Sequence record: OM362897.1
Strand: one strand, 5' to 3'
DNA length: 64,000 bases
DNA from: Escherichia phage SKA64
Positions 48,046-59,200 of the stretch are shown here, piece after piece. Under the pieces are notes generated by a model that was not told the DNA's origin, ran no database searches, and was given only the letters and a program-made list of their open reading frames with translations. How positions within the stretch are numbered: the stretch's first letter is position 1; each line of letters opens with the position of its first letter. The position numbers and the translations under genes are program-made.

Positions 48046-48432
48046 TTAACCCCATTCATACTGTGCTACCTTTTCTTTTACCCAATCTACACGATCTTTA
48101 TCATAATGTTGAGTGCCAAGGAAAAGACCATTGTGGAAACTTTCCTCACCGAAAGGATAAATTAGATCTAAACCATCTTCTTCAAACAACATTTTTAATC
48201 TGTTTGATGTAGATTTCTTAGTTTCTGAATTGTAGTTTGTGGTTATAAGCCAATCTTCCAAACAACGACACAAGCCTTGACGAGAATCCCAAGGAAAAAC
48301 ACAATCTCCGACAGGAGCTTGTTCCGCCCATTTCAACCAACCTTTAAAAAAGTTATACAATATGTAGTCTTCAGTGTAATACATTAGCGCCTCCTTTACA
48401 TATACAATAACACCCCGCAGAACGGGGTGCAA
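48046..48432 (-). CDS. hypothetical protein, paralog family A member
   Basis: Shares W...GLC-x-CL...YPF...R-x-x-WV pattern with five other ORFs in the block. Confidence 0.4.
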   Translation of the reverse strand: MHPVLRGVIVYVKEALMYYTEDYILYNFFKGWLKWAEQAPVGDCVFPWDSRQGLCRCLEDWLITTNYNSETKKSTSNRLKMLFEEDGLDLIYPFGEESFHNGLFLGTQHYDKDRVDWVKEKVAQYEWG

Positions 48433-48435
48433 CTG

Positions 48436-49047
48436 TTATTTAATCTGTTTGAAAATTTCGTTTGGAACAGTACCGTTTAAAATACCTTCTACGATCTCCT
48501 GTGCAGACGTGTAAGAGAGTCCAAAAGAAGCTACGCCTAAAATTGCCTCCTTCAAAGGATCTGGCAGGGGTTCAAAGTTACCTGCAACAAAGCCACCTGC
48601 ACAAGCAGCGCCTTCATCATCCCAGAAAACAACTGCTACATCGTTACCATGCGAAGTCGTGCGATGTGCAATAACTTCAACTTCGGTGCCTTCTTTAGGA
48701 ACAGAATAAGAACTGTCCCAAGAATATCTTTCCAAATCAGGAACAAAGATAACCTTTTCACCTACTGGCGGCAGTTCACAACGATAATACCAAGAATTTT
48801 TTTCGTTCATTGTTTTATTTTCCTCCACGTCTTCAAAAGTAACGATCCAATCGTAGCCGTAAGAAAACGGATATTTTAGATCTAAAGAATAAGTTTGACC
48901 CAGATCGTCCTCAACAAGAACCATCCTATCAAAGTTTGCGATGTTAGGATTATGTTTAATGACAGGGTATGTTTCCCCTACAGTAAATTGTCCCAAATGG
49001 TAAAGTTCATCTCTCCAAGTAATTTGGATATGAGTGCATTGAATCAT
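48436..49047 (-). CDS. hypothetical protein
   Basis: 203-aa ORF. Confidence 0.4.
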   Translation of the reverse strand: MIQCTHIQITWRDELYHLGQFTVGETYPVIKHNPNIANFDRMVLVEDDLGQTYSLDLKYPFSYGYDWIVTFEDVEENKTMNEKNSWYYRCELPPVGEKVIFVPDLERYSWDSSYSVPKEGTEVEVIAHRTTSHGNDVAVVFWDDEGAACAGGFVAGNFEPLPDPLKEAILGVASFGLSYTSAQEIVEGILNGTVPNEIFKQIK

Positions 49048-49323
49048 AAAATCACCCCCAAGAAATATTTATATATCTTACAATGTTTGCACTGTCTAAA
49101 GCCATGTTTGCACCACACCCACGCTCGCGCCAGTAACTAACAATACCTTCACAGATACTCTCTTGTATCTTCTTATCACTTGGCATTTCTAGTATAAGAT
49201 TTGGGTTATGGATGTTTATGTTATAATATCCTTCCTCTGCGGCTTGAGCTACCAATTTACTTACTTTTTCAAAGTACGGGGAATTAGTGGCATCTGCTAT
49301 TGTTTTTAAGGTTTGTCTATCCA

Positions 49324-49722
49324 TTATTCTGCCTCATCATAGAAGAAATCCAACTCTTGTTCCAGTTGTTTAACTCGATCCTTAACCCACTGTACACGTT
49401 TTTCATTAAACATGCAACGTTTTTCCTTACACTCTTGCTCAAAAGATTTTGCTGTGTTAAATGGGAAAGTTGTATCTAAGCCAGCGTTTTCAAAACTGGC
49501 TAATTGCATACCATAAACAGAATATGCTAAAGAATGCTCGGCCCGAAATTCATCACTTATATACATACGTAGACCTCGGCATAAGCCAACATCAGCGTAA
49601 CCACTTTCTCTTGGAAAGAGACGGAGGTGTTCTAACCAATTATTATAGAAATCTAAAAGAATCCTCTTACACTTCAAATCGATTGTCATAAAAAGTTTCT
49701 CCTTCATCGAACAAGTTGGCAA
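49324..49722 (-). CDS. hypothetical protein, paralog family A member
   Basis: FYNNWL...GLCRGL...AGLD..FPFN...RVQWVKDRV. Confidence 0.4.
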   Translation of the reverse strand: MPTCSMKEKLFMTIDLKCKRILLDFYNNWLEHLRLFPRESGYADVGLCRGLRMYISDEFRAEHSLAYSVYGMQLASFENAGLDTTFPFNTAKSFEQECKEKRCMFNEKRVQWVKDRVKQLEQELDFFYDEAE

Positions 49723-50089
49723 GATTGTTCACGGCAATCTGGGTGGAAAGAAGACAACTGTTTGCAGACACATAAGCACGAGCTATTTTGTAAACATAGG
49801 CTTTCGTATTACAATTGTCTAGGATCGGAAGACTTTCGTCGATAGCATCTATAACACTAAACATCACATCTAAAACTTTAATGGTGAGTGTTGTATTTGT
49901 ATCTTCGTAACCTTTTTCAATCCGACCTGAATAGAAAGCATAGTCCTCAACAGTTCGTCGTTTAAACTGGCGCATAAAATCGGAACCATCTGTAGCAGAA
50001 TTGAACAAATTTTCAAAAAATACGTCCCATCCGGCAAAAAGGGCTGACAGCATGATTAAGTGATCTACAGATTCATTTTCTTGTTTCAT
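49667..50089 (-). CDS. hypothetical protein
   Basis: 140-aa ORF. Confidence 0.35.
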   Translation of the reverse strand: MKQENESVDHLIMLSALFAGWDVFFENLFNSATDGSDFMRQFKRRTVEDYAFYSGRIEKGYEDTNTTLTIKVLDVMFSVIDAIDESLPILDNCNTKAYVYKIARAYVSANSCLLSTQIAVNNLANLFDEGETFYDNRFEV

Positions 50090-50097
50090 ATCCTCTC

Positions 50098-50775
50098 CTA
50101 TTTAATGTTCAGTCTGGCACACAAACGAGAAACAGTTTTAGCATCCCATTTACCACCACGTGCTGTTGCTATTTTCTTACTATTGAATTTTTCAGCAATA
50201 GTTTTGTAAGGTGTATTTAAATCTCTAAGGATCTCCAAGCGTTCACGGAATGTCTCTGCAAAAGCGTCTGCTTTAACAGAGTTGTATTCCATTTTTCCTT
50301 TTCTACGTGCAGCGGCAGTTTTAGGATTAGCACTGCCTAATAAAACACCTTTGCTTTTTGCTACAGCAAGACCCTTTTTAATACGATCAGCAATACCTCT
50401 AACTTCTTGTTCAGCCAGAACAGACAGAAGCTGTATAACCATTTTATCTGCGTCTGGCATAATGGCTATCTTAACATCGATCATTTCTAGAAGAGTTGCT
50501 ACGGAGGCGTTATTACGACCCAAGCGGTCAACTTTAGCTACCAATAAAGTTGCTCCGGTAGCTTTACACATTTCAACCGCTTTAACCAGTTCCTTACGTT
50601 GCTTCCAATCGCCCTTACCCGAATAGTATTCAGAAAATTGACCAATAACTTCCGCATCAGGCACAGAGTCTAAGAAGTAACGGATATCATTCTCTTGGCT
50701 CTCCATACCATATTGTGCCTCACCTTTTTTCTGTTTAGAAAGACGACTGTAAACAACAAACTTTTTCATAACCAC
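50098..50775 (-). CDS. small serine recombinase (resolvase/invertase family)
   Basis: VVYSRLS (catalytic Ser region), LLVAKVDRLGRN, LLSVLAEQEVRGIADRIKKGL, C-terminal HTH-like region. 225 aa. Confidence 0.65.
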   Translation of the reverse strand: MVMKKFVVYSRLSKQKKGEAQYGMESQENDIRYFLDSVPDAEVIGQFSEYYSGKGDWKQRKELVKAVEMCKATGATLLVAKVDRLGRNNASVATLLEMIDVKIAIMPDADKMVIQLLSVLAEQEVRGIADRIKKGLAVAKSKGVLLGSANPKTAAARRKGKMEYNSVKADAFAETFRERLEILRDLNTPYKTIAEKFNSKKIATARGGKWDAKTVSRLCARLNIK

Positions 50776-51052
50776 TCCTAAACCATTGCTGTATTCTCAC
50801 TTTACAAAACGAATAAACACTTGTCAAGGTATTTATTATTTACAGCCATTCTACTCTTAAGCAGTATTCCTCGACATGTTGTTTACGCTTGTTTTTGTCT
50901 ATGTAAGTGTATTCAACAAATGTCCCAAGATAGTCCTTGTCTACAGTGTGTGGGCTATTGATTGGACATTTAGTACGACAAACCCGTTGCCACTGACGAA
51001 GAATTACGGCTTTGTTTTTAGGATCAAATGGATGAGGGTAATGTACCTTCAT

Positions 51053-51376
51053 TCACGCCCCCTGTTTTAGTCGAAAAATATTTTGAATAACTAGAGATGT
51101 ATAGTTATCACCTAGTCCCATAAGTTCTACTTCCAAGTTTCTAATATCTTCCACCGTAGGAGGATATGTTGGTAAAAATGCTTGAGCATTGCCAGATCCA
51201 ACCTCATTGCTGTAAGCAGTTGTAAAATTGTAAGATACAAAACATGAAACACCTTTTTGTCGGTACCCGATTAATCGACGAATACACCAGATAAGAGCTA
51301 AACCTATGAGAACACCTCCTAAACCAGCTAACAAGAAGGATAAGTTCATAATAGCTTCGTTAACAACTGCTTGCAT
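51053..51376 (-). CDS. hypothetical membrane protein
   Basis: 107-aa ORF with hydrophobic N-terminal segment NLSFLLAGLGGVLIGLALIW. Confidence 0.35.
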   Translation of the reverse strand: MQAVVNEAIMNLSFLLAGLGGVLIGLALIWCIRRLIGYRQKGVSCFVSYNFTTAYSNEVGSGNAQAFLPTYPPTVEDIRNLEVELMGLGDNYTSLVIQNIFRLKQGA

Positions 51377-51696
51377 TCTTTTCTCCTTAGTTATGTAAAC
51401 CCAAATGCGCTACAACTTCCCTACGATAAGATAACTGCATAGCGATTTTATAGCCAGGATGAAAACCATTTACATCAATGTCATCAAACCAAACCTCAAA
51501 CGAACCGTGCTTAAGGGTCATTAAGTTGATATACCATTCGATAGTATAATGATCGTTAGCAATACCTTCGATGTAAAACTCTCGGCAACAATGAGATAAA
51601 TCTTCACTTGTTTCACGTTTCCAGTCTTTGATAGCACCCTTCTCTTTAGCTTTATTCAGAATGTGGATCAGGTCTTCAACTTGCATATTCTCTCCT

Positions 51697-52251
51697 TTAG
51701 TTCCAACTAATAATGATGTGTTTGATAATCCCAAAAACACTGTGCTCTGCGGTTGCCAATGTTACATCCAAACCTTTTGCACGTAGCATTGTAGCTACAA
51801 CATTTGCCCCTCTTTTCTGCTCACTTATCTGTTCATAAGAAGAAGGGTTATTGCACAAACCAAAACTGGAAGGTTCAAAGTATTTTTCAAACTTCCCTTG
51901 TTCCGCACAATCTTCAATCTCTAATAGAACGGCGTCTACCATTTCAGTAAAATGGGAATTTGCTTGCAGTGCTTTATTACGCAGTTTATCACGTAAACTT
52001 CCCGTAGATTCTTCCTGCTCTTCTGTCTGTCCATCTTCACAGAAAGGATGAAGTTCAGCCCAGTCCCAAGCATCTCCTTCTAAAGCAAATGGAGTGTTGT
52101 AATTGAAGAAAGTGCAGCGCGGATATTCCCCGTTGAAAGAATCTTTCAGCAGAATATATTTCTTACCGTTTGCATGGAAGAGTTCTCCTTTGATAACCTT
52201 ACCTACAAGGATATCACTGTTAGTGGAACGGGTGCAAATAAATTTTTTCAT
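51697..52251 (-). CDS. hypothetical protein
   Basis: 184-aa ORF. Confidence 0.35.
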   Translation of the reverse strand: MKKFICTRSTNSDILVGKVIKGELFHANGKKYILLKDSFNGEYPRCTFFNYNTPFALEGDAWDWAELHPFCEDGQTEEQEESTGSLRDKLRNKALQANSHFTEMVDAVLLEIEDCAEQGKFEKYFEPSSFGLCNNPSSYEQISEQKRGANVVATMLRAKGLDVTLATAEHSVFGIIKHIIISWN

Positions 52252-52758
52252 GATTTTCTCCTCTTTGTTTCGATGAGATGATTATGACAAAGACAGATCC
52301 TTCTGTCAACTATTTATTTCCATTCCCCTTGGTGTTCTTTGATCTCATAAGAGTAGTATTCGAACATGCTCATACAAACCACACCAGACATTTCTAAACA
52401 AAGAGGTTTACTATTATAAAAGGCACTTATCATTCTTCCAGCTTTATCTGCTGACTCTTTAGTATCACATCCGCAAACTGTTCTCACCCAAGGATTAGGG
52501 CCATCATACTTAAGACGCACAATCCACATGATCATTCTTCCATCTCAAACCATTCAGGGAACACTTTGCGGAAGACCCGCGTGTTTTCTAAGAGAAATTC
52601 CAACTCTTTTTCCAAATCTGCGTTCCAACCGTTTATTTTAACACGGATTGCCAATGCACTTGCACGGCGACTCAATTCTTGACAGATTGGATCACGCAGA
52701 ACTATTGAGTCATAAAACTGACAAACAGCCTCAAGTTCATACCAGTTATAATCTGACA

Positions 52759-53085
52759 TTATTCATCCTCCTCTGCAATACGATCTCTTACCCAATTAAT
52801 CCTGTCCACGTTCAGGTGACATACCTCTGCATCTGATTCTAAGACATATGCATCGTAGTTCTCATTGAAAGGGAGTGCTTGACTCAACCCTTTATAGTGG
52901 AACTGCGCGTGCATTTCATCTGATAAGGTCGTTATAATGGGGTTGTAATTGCCTCTGTGCACATAGTCGAATAAGTTGGCACACAAACCGCAATCCCGCC
53001 GAAAAGGTTTACCATCAGGAGCACCAACATCAATCCATGCTAGATAAATTTTATAAAACTCTATCAACCTTGCGCTTGTTTTCAT
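52759..53085 (-). CDS. hypothetical protein, paralog family A member
   Basis: FYKIYLAW...CGLCANL...KGLSQALPFN...RINWVRDRI. Confidence 0.4.
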   Translation of the reverse strand: MKTSARLIEFYKIYLAWIDVGAPDGKPFRRDCGLCANLFDYVHRGNYNPIITTLSDEMHAQFHYKGLSQALPFNENYDAYVLESDAEVCHLNVDRINWVRDRIAEEDE

Positions 53086-53582
53086 TTAGCCACCTCGTTA
53101 GTTTTTCTTGCTCTTTGTTTGCGCGTTCTAAGCTTCTGAACTTTAAACAGAGGGAACGAGAATCCCTACCCATGCACAAGCTTTCATCTAAGCTGTGCTC
53201 CCCAACCAACCAAAGAGAGTATGTTTGAACATCTAACCCATAGTTTCTGTCTTTCCATAATCTCACCCCAAGAACATCAAAAGGAGCTTCCGTGACTAAA
53301 GAAAGAAACCGATCTTTATTCATATTACACCACCTTACTCACGTTGATAATGTATGTATACCATACATAAAATAAATGTCAAGGCTTATCGACACAGATA
53401 GTTGTAACGATCTGCTTTATCCTCTGCTTCAGCAAAGTCAGCAATCAAGGAAGTTTTAAGTTCTTCCAACTCTTTCACCCAAGAGTCGTAATCGTCCTGT
53501 GTTTCTCCAATAGTTTGGAGAAAACAATCGTCGTAGCCAATAGACATGGCTAACTCGATAATACGTTCCAGTTTTTCTTCCA

Positions 53583-54065
53583 TCACTTCTCTCCTTCTAC
53601 AGACTTCTGTTTAACATAAAAGTAAGCACCACGGGCAAGATACAAATCATGTTCAATATCGCTCACAGGAAAACCATCTGGATTTTTAAAACCATCTTCT
53701 ACAGCCAAAATGAGAGATCGTAAACTGATAGCTAACAACTCCATTTGATCTTGTAGTTTTCTATTTTCTGCGTAAAGGTTTTTGCATTTTTGTTCTGCAT
53801 TTTTCCATTGTTCTAATGCATGATCATAGCGGTGCATAAGAATAGCTTTTTCTTGTTCACGCTTAAAAGTTTCTTCGCAAATGAAACCTGTGCCTAAACC
53901 AGTTTCTTCGTCTTTGACAAACACTTCAACAAAATCTTTAGACATATTATCTCCTATTTGCTTTCGGATACTCCCAACCCTCTGGGAGATCTTCTTTACA
54001 CATCCACTCAAAAGGCCAGCGACAATAACTGTGCCACTTTCCATTGAGATACAAACAATCTTCAT
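53583..54065 (-). CDS. hypothetical protein
   Basis: 160-aa ORF with a charged helical C-terminal half. Confidence 0.35.
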   Translation of the reverse strand: MKIVCISMESGTVIVAGLLSGCVKKISQRVGSIRKQIGDNMSKDFVEVFVKDEETGLGTGFICEETFKREQEKAILMHRYDHALEQWKNAEQKCKNLYAENRKLQDQMELLAISLRSLILAVEDGFKNPDGFPVSDIEHDLYLARGAYFYVKQKSVEGEK

Positions 54066-54214
54066 CTATTGGTCCACAAGGGTTGATAACTACAACACAC
54101 CCTTTTGCTCGCCAATATTGAACTATTTCAGGGTAAAAACAAGAAACGTCGGTCCACTCCCAAATACGTTCATCATTCAAACGGTATGCTGCTGGCAATG
54201 TCTCTTTCATATTA

Positions 54215-54661
54215 TTAAACCTCTGTCAAAGAGAAACGCCAATCCTTACTACTACCTACGCCAAGGAAGATATAGTCTCCGGTACTAACGGAAATACGCC
54301 AAGCGGGAATCCAATCAGGAATCTCTGGCTTATGGCTGTAACCATAACGATCACCATCCGAGTCTGTTGCAATATAATTAACAAATTCAGGAACATCTAA
54401 AGTTTCACCTTGATACTCTACACGCTTGAAGCCATCTTCCACTTCTTTCTCACCTTCTACCAGACAAGCAAGAAGTTTGATGTGAGGGCAAGTGAAATCT
54501 TGTCCTGGATAACGTGAACGGATATCGGTTAACAATGCGATCACAGCATCCGATAACTCTTTATAATCCTCATATCTTACAAATGTGCCTTCTGTCGGAT
54601 CATCAGGACACAAACGCCAAGCATCGTTGCAGTTTACAGCATAATGTCTCACTTTAGTCAT
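54215..54661 (-). CDS. hypothetical protein
   Basis: 148-aa ORF. Confidence 0.35.
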   Translation of the reverse strand: MTKVRHYAVNCNDAWRLCPDDPTEGTFVRYEDYKELSDAVIALLTDIRSRYPGQDFTCPHIKLLACLVEGEKEVEDGFKRVEYQGETLDVPEFVNYIATDSDGDRYGYSHKPEIPDWIPAWRISVSTGDYIFLGVGSSKDWRFSLTEV

Positions 54662-54670
54662 AAATCCCCC

Positions 54671-55069
54671 TTATCGTTGCGTACAATCAGCTTCTAGAGT
54701 AAGAACATTCGTTATTGTTTTATCATTTTTTAGAAATGCAAACCAAGCTAAAGTGTCTCGATACTCTGTGCGCATCATCACAACTTCAGTAGTGCCAATA
54801 AACTGTTGTGAACCGTACATAGCACTACCATCTTTACTTTTTTCTCCTGTGTGTTGCAGAATGCCACTCATCAAAGCACCACCTGAATTTTTAAGGATAA
54901 AGGAGTTATCTTTATTAATGACAACAGAAGCCATTTTCTTAGGACCAGAAATAACTTCACCTTTCAGATTTTTAACAACCACATCTGACACACACTCATA
55001 AACTTGAGACGCATTTGCTGTTCCAAGTGATGCAATGAGTAACAATAAACCTACGATGATCTTTTTCAT
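54671..55069 (-). CDS. hypothetical secreted protein with signal peptide
   Basis: MKKIIVGLLLLIASLGTANAS N-terminus. Confidence 0.4.
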   Translation of the reverse strand: MKKIIVGLLLLIASLGTANASQVYECVSDVVVKNLKGEVISGPKKMASVVINKDNSFILKNSGGALMSGILQHTGEKSKDGSAMYGSQQFIGTTEVVMMRTEYRDTLAWFAFLKNDKTITNVLTLEADCTQR

Positions 55070-55373
55070 ATAAACTCTCCTCTTTATTTACCCGACGCGC
55101 CCCTGTTGGGCGGAAAGGGTTGTACGCAAAATTTTTAGCTCCAATCGTCGGGTGTCCCGACTCCTTACGCTTTTAATGTTTTAACAGAATGACAAGCTTT
55201 GCAAACCATAACCGGAACAAGTTCGTCTCCACTATCCGCATAAATCACTGTTTTCTTCATTCTGCCACCACATGAACAATACTCTGTATGATCCACTGGA
55301 ATATTAAATATTCCGTAATCACTTTCATACTGTTTCTTACATATGGACACTGCTTTTGTAAAACAAGACATAC

Positions 55374-55595
55374 CTACTCCGAAAGAACATTCACTTCATC
55401 AGAGAAAAATACGTAATCACAACCTTCCCAAACATCTTCTTCAAACCACTCCCATCCCTCAACTTTGGACATTTCTTCTATCGTAACAAAGAATGTTGTC
55501 ATGTCATCGCTAACAAGATGTGCTTCAACAACAAAAGGAATCTGAACATTCTCAAAACCAACATAACCCAATACATCACAAACTCTAATTTTCAT
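55374..55595 (-). CDS. hypothetical protein, paralog family B member
   Basis: MKIRV...EGWEWFEEDVWEGCDYVFF, paralogous to 58970-59200. Confidence 0.35.
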   Translation of the reverse strand: MKIRVCDVLGYVGFENVQIPFVVEAHLVSDDMTTFFVTIEEMSKVEGWEWFEEDVWEGCDYVFFSDEVNVLSE

Positions 55596-55990
55596 ATTAT
55601 GCTCCTTTGTAGATTATGTTGGTGCGTTCACACTCTGCTACCAGCAAGCGATTAGCAATGTTATCCATAGGAACATTAATCTCTACACTCCAGGCATTGA
55701 TACACACTTCTTCAATCTTTGCTCCCAACATTTGTGCGATCAGGGCAACAGCCCCAGCATATTCAAGTTTAATCTCAATTACCATTTTGCACCTCAAGGT
55801 TATTTATCTTGCTTGTATCTTACAAGGCGATCACACTCTAGGTCAAGAAATTTCTCCGCATTTCGTTCATGTTTGAGCACAATACATTGTTCTTTCCAGT
55901 CTGTAGCTCTTTGCTGCGCTGCTCCTGGGTCAAAATCCCAAAGCCATGCCGCGAAAAGAACAACCATAACAATCACTAAGAAACTAAACA

Positions 55991-56305
55991 CTATTGGCAT
56001 TGCACATCCTCCTGTGTAGCATGGTCTTTTACCCATTTTATACGGGCAGCATTCAAATGCAATAGCCCGTTTCTTTGTGCAAAATCATATTTAAACCAGT
56101 CTCCGTCATCAAACGGGTATTCTTCAGACAATCCTGCCTCACGGAATTGCATTTGCATTTCATAATTTAGATCATCATAACCTCCAGTCCAAAGGTAGAG
56201 GCAACTACATAATCCTTTATCATGCCAGAAAGGATTATTATCTGGAGCACCAGCTAACAGCCAGTTATGATATGCTTGATAAAATTCTTTAAGTTCTTCT
56301 GACAT
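55991..56305 (-). CDS. hypothetical protein, paralog family A member
   Basis: FYQAYHNWL...KGLCSCL...AGLSEEYPFD...RIKWVKDH. Confidence 0.4.
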   Translation of the reverse strand: MSEELKEFYQAYHNWLLAGAPDNNPFWHDKGLCSCLYLWTGGYDDLNYEMQMQFREAGLSEEYPFDDGDWFKYDFAQRNGLLHLNAARIKWVKDHATQEDVQCQ

Positions 56306-57357
56306 TTAACCTCCTGTGTACAGGGTTGAAAGATACACAGCAAAAGCATTCTCGGCTGTTTTCACCTCCTCTTCAAGATCTTCACGCTCTGCTGGCGTTA
56401 ATGCATTCCGCACAGCAGCGTCTGCTTCTCGGATTTTTCTTACTAAACGTGAAACATCTTTCAATTGTTGAAAAGTAGCCATAATCTTTCTCCTGTTTTA
56501 GTGAGTATCACGCCATTCGGCAATCTCTTCGGCTAAACGATCACAAGAATCGAAAGCCACTTTACCTTTAGTCTGATTTTCATATCGCACTTCCTTCAAT
56601 GCGAGTAATGCATTCACCAGATTATCAACACCTTGATCATCCAGTGCGATAACATCGAAGTTAAACCCTGTGTCAGTTGGGACTTTACGTTTTATGGTGT
56701 AATAGTCCCCTTCATGACGTTCAACATACACGTATGGGTAACTGCTGTTCGGATCATGTTTTACGCGAATAGATGTTTTCATGTTTTGTTCTCCTCTTTA
56801 GTCAAACCAGTTGTATTCAGAAGGGTAACGAGCGTAGTTTGGCTTATACCCCAACCTTTTCATCTTAACAGACATACGAGTGAAGCCAAAGGTTGTTTTG
56901 CCCTTAGACATAAACTTCTTCCCGCTCTTCATTGGCTTCTTAGGGTTTTTGATCGTCTGGTGTAACGCTCGCGCAAGCCACAAAGTGTATGCGCTCGGCA
57001 CTTGATTAACTTTCATCTTGTTACCTTTCATCATTTCACCTCGGACCAATCAATAGTGATCCACTCGTATGCCCCGTTCAGATCCATTTCTTTATAAACA
57101 ATAAGCCCACGCTCACGAAGAATTGCTACTGCTTCATCCATCCACTTCACCTGATTGTAGATCTGCTCTGGGTGGGTGGGAGAATTATTCAGACCAAAAT
57201 CAGATGGCGTGAAATTTCTTGAAGAGTTTCCCGCTCGTGCTTCAGCAAAACATGTCTCGATCACTTCTTCAACAGGGAAGTTGAAGGAAGCTTCTTTTGC
57301 AATACGGCGTAACTGTTCGGTCAGATTCATCTTATTCTCCTTTCGTTGTGCGAAACA

Positions 57358-57861
57358 TTATAACAGATCTAATGCTTTCAACTCTTCTTTCAATGATTCA
57401 GGCAGGTCACATTCAATGTCAATCAGAGATAACAAGTGACCAACAATGCCTTCCAGATGTTGATACTCACTATAACTTATAAATTCAGAATTGTAAACAG
57501 AAACATCCTTAGTTTCTTTCACAACTTCCCCCGCAGACACGCACATAAAAAAGTTACGCTCTCCGCGAGCTAACAATATCTCCCAACTCCTGAACGGATA
57601 CTGTCCAGCTTCAATAATATCCCCGCTGTCCAATAAAGTCAATGAGCAAACAGACCCTGATTCACTAACATCCTCGACGCGGAAACAAGACCCTTCAATC
57701 AAAGCTGCCATTTTGAAATTTTCATCAGAGATCATAGAGAAAGCTTCACAGGCAGCTTTACTTTTGAAACAATAAACAGCATTAACTTTAAACATAACAT
57801 TCCCCTTTTTAAACAAAAGATACGCCGATGGTAGCAACAACCAAACGTTTATAAACTTCAA
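57358..57861 (-). CDS. hypothetical protein
   Basis: 167-aa ORF. Confidence 0.35.
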   Translation of the reverse strand: MKFINVWLLLPSAYLLFKKGNVMFKVNAVYCFKSKAACEAFSMISDENFKMAALIEGSCFRVEDVSESGSVCSLTLLDSGDIIEAGQYPFRSWEILLARGERNFFMCVSAGEVVKETKDVSVYNSEFISYSEYQHLEGIVGHLLSLIDIECDLPESLKEELKALDLL

Positions 57862-58267
57862 CCTCTTCTGTAGGATTAGACATTTTATGCTCTGCTGCCT
57901 CTTTCAAAGCTTCTTCATAACTTTCAAATCCAGAAATACAGGTGTCATCAGTCATTACAACATACCACTCTTCTTTTGTTGTATCAACAGGTTCTTCTTG
58001 TGGTTTTCCACGACCACCACGAACACCACCGTCAACAAAATAATCTATATGAGCAGAATTGATTATGTAACGATCCCCATCACCAGCAGTGATAATACCG
58101 TCTCTCATACCTATTACAACCATTGACAAGATATTACCATTTGCATCAGTGCTCAACACCTCGAAAAAATTCTCTCCAATGATAGCAGCAATACTGTTAT
58201 CAAAGGTAGAATATAATCGCATATAATCCTCATCCTGGAAACGGTAGACATGACCTTCTTTAAACAT
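57809..58267 (-). CDS. hypothetical protein
   Basis: 152-aa ORF. Confidence 0.35.
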   Translation of the reverse strand: MFKEGHVYRFQDEDYMRLYSTFDNSIAAIIGENFFEVLSTDANGNILSMVVIGMRDGIITAGDGDRYIINSAHIDYFVDGGVRGGRGKPQEEPVDTTKEEWYVVMTDDTCISGFESYEEALKEAAEHKMSNPTEEVEVYKRLVVATIGVSFV

Positions 58268-58721
58268 TGTTCTCTCCTCCTAACTCATCATACCATTTCA
58301 AAGCGTCTTTTGGAAGCATACCAAAATCTTCTTTTAGTTCTTTTTCAATCTCTTCTTGCATTTCCATCAGCGTTTTCAGTTGACGGACTTTTTTGTGCAT
58401 AGCCACATTCCTTTCATTAAGGTTTGTCACTACATTATTTGCACGACTCGGTGGAAATGACAAAGGTTTCACGGGAAGATAATCTTCGATATTATCTAGT
58501 GCGTTACGAAAATTATGATCCAAGAAACGCACATCTACACGATTGTAATCGGCAGCTACAACAGTGAACACTTTAAACGGCACATTGGATAAAGTATGTT
58601 GCACATAGACAGTACCCATATTGCCTTCAATTTTACTATTAACTTCCAGCAAACCTGTATGAGCACTAACATAATCGTGAACACATTGCACATAAGCTGC
58701 CAGTATAGTGAATTGTCTCAT
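58260..58721 (-). CDS. hypothetical protein
   Basis: 153-aa ORF. Confidence 0.35.
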   Translation of the reverse strand: MRQFTILAAYVQCVHDYVSAHTGLLEVNSKIEGNMGTVYVQHTLSNVPFKVFTVVAADYNRVDVRFLDHNFRNALDNIEDYLPVKPLSFPPSRANNVVTNLNERNVAMHKKVRQLKTLMEMQEEIEKELKEDFGMLPKDALKWYDELGGENNV

Positions 58722-58969
58722 TTTCTACCTCCCCATAATGCTAACATTTTATTGAAAATGGAAACGCGTCGTGCGCGAGATGCCATATCATAATTCATTC
58801 TTTCCGTCCCTGCAAGAAATTGATCTACTGTAATCAACGCTTTTGTCTTCTCTTTCAGAGTTTGCATATTCATCCATTCACATTCAGAGTACCAATTATC
58901 GAAATACAAACTATCAAGAAGATCCATTGCTGCTTCGTTCTGCTGTGGTGTGATCATTGCACACTACCT

Positions 58970-59200
58970 TTAATAGACAATGTTATATTCGTGAGGAAAG
59001 AAAACATAATCTTCCCCTTCTCGTGCATCTATCTCGTCCCAAAACCATTCCTGCACTTCCATCATCTTCGAGAATCGCACATGAGCAAGCCCACTGTATT
59101 CCACCGTAGCTTCCAGCACAAGTGGAAATTTTGCATGTGCCAATCCTTTATAACCACCATCATTCTCAATACGAATTTTCATGCGTTTCATATTATGCAT
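58970..59200 (-). CDS. hypothetical protein, paralog family B member
   Basis: MKIRI...VQEWFWDEIDAREGEDYVFF, paralogous to 55374-55595. Confidence 0.35.
   Translation of the reverse strand: MHNMKRMKIRIENDGGYKGLAHAKFPLVLEATVEYSGLAHVRFSKMMEVQEWFWDEIDAREGEDYVFFPHEYNIVY

Noticed and set aside
50098-50775. Serine recombinase as a prophage integrase marking a lysogenic element
   Set aside because: It is resolvase/invertase-sized without a large-integrase C-terminal domain, and the surrounding content is lytic-type with no identifiable att sites or repressor.
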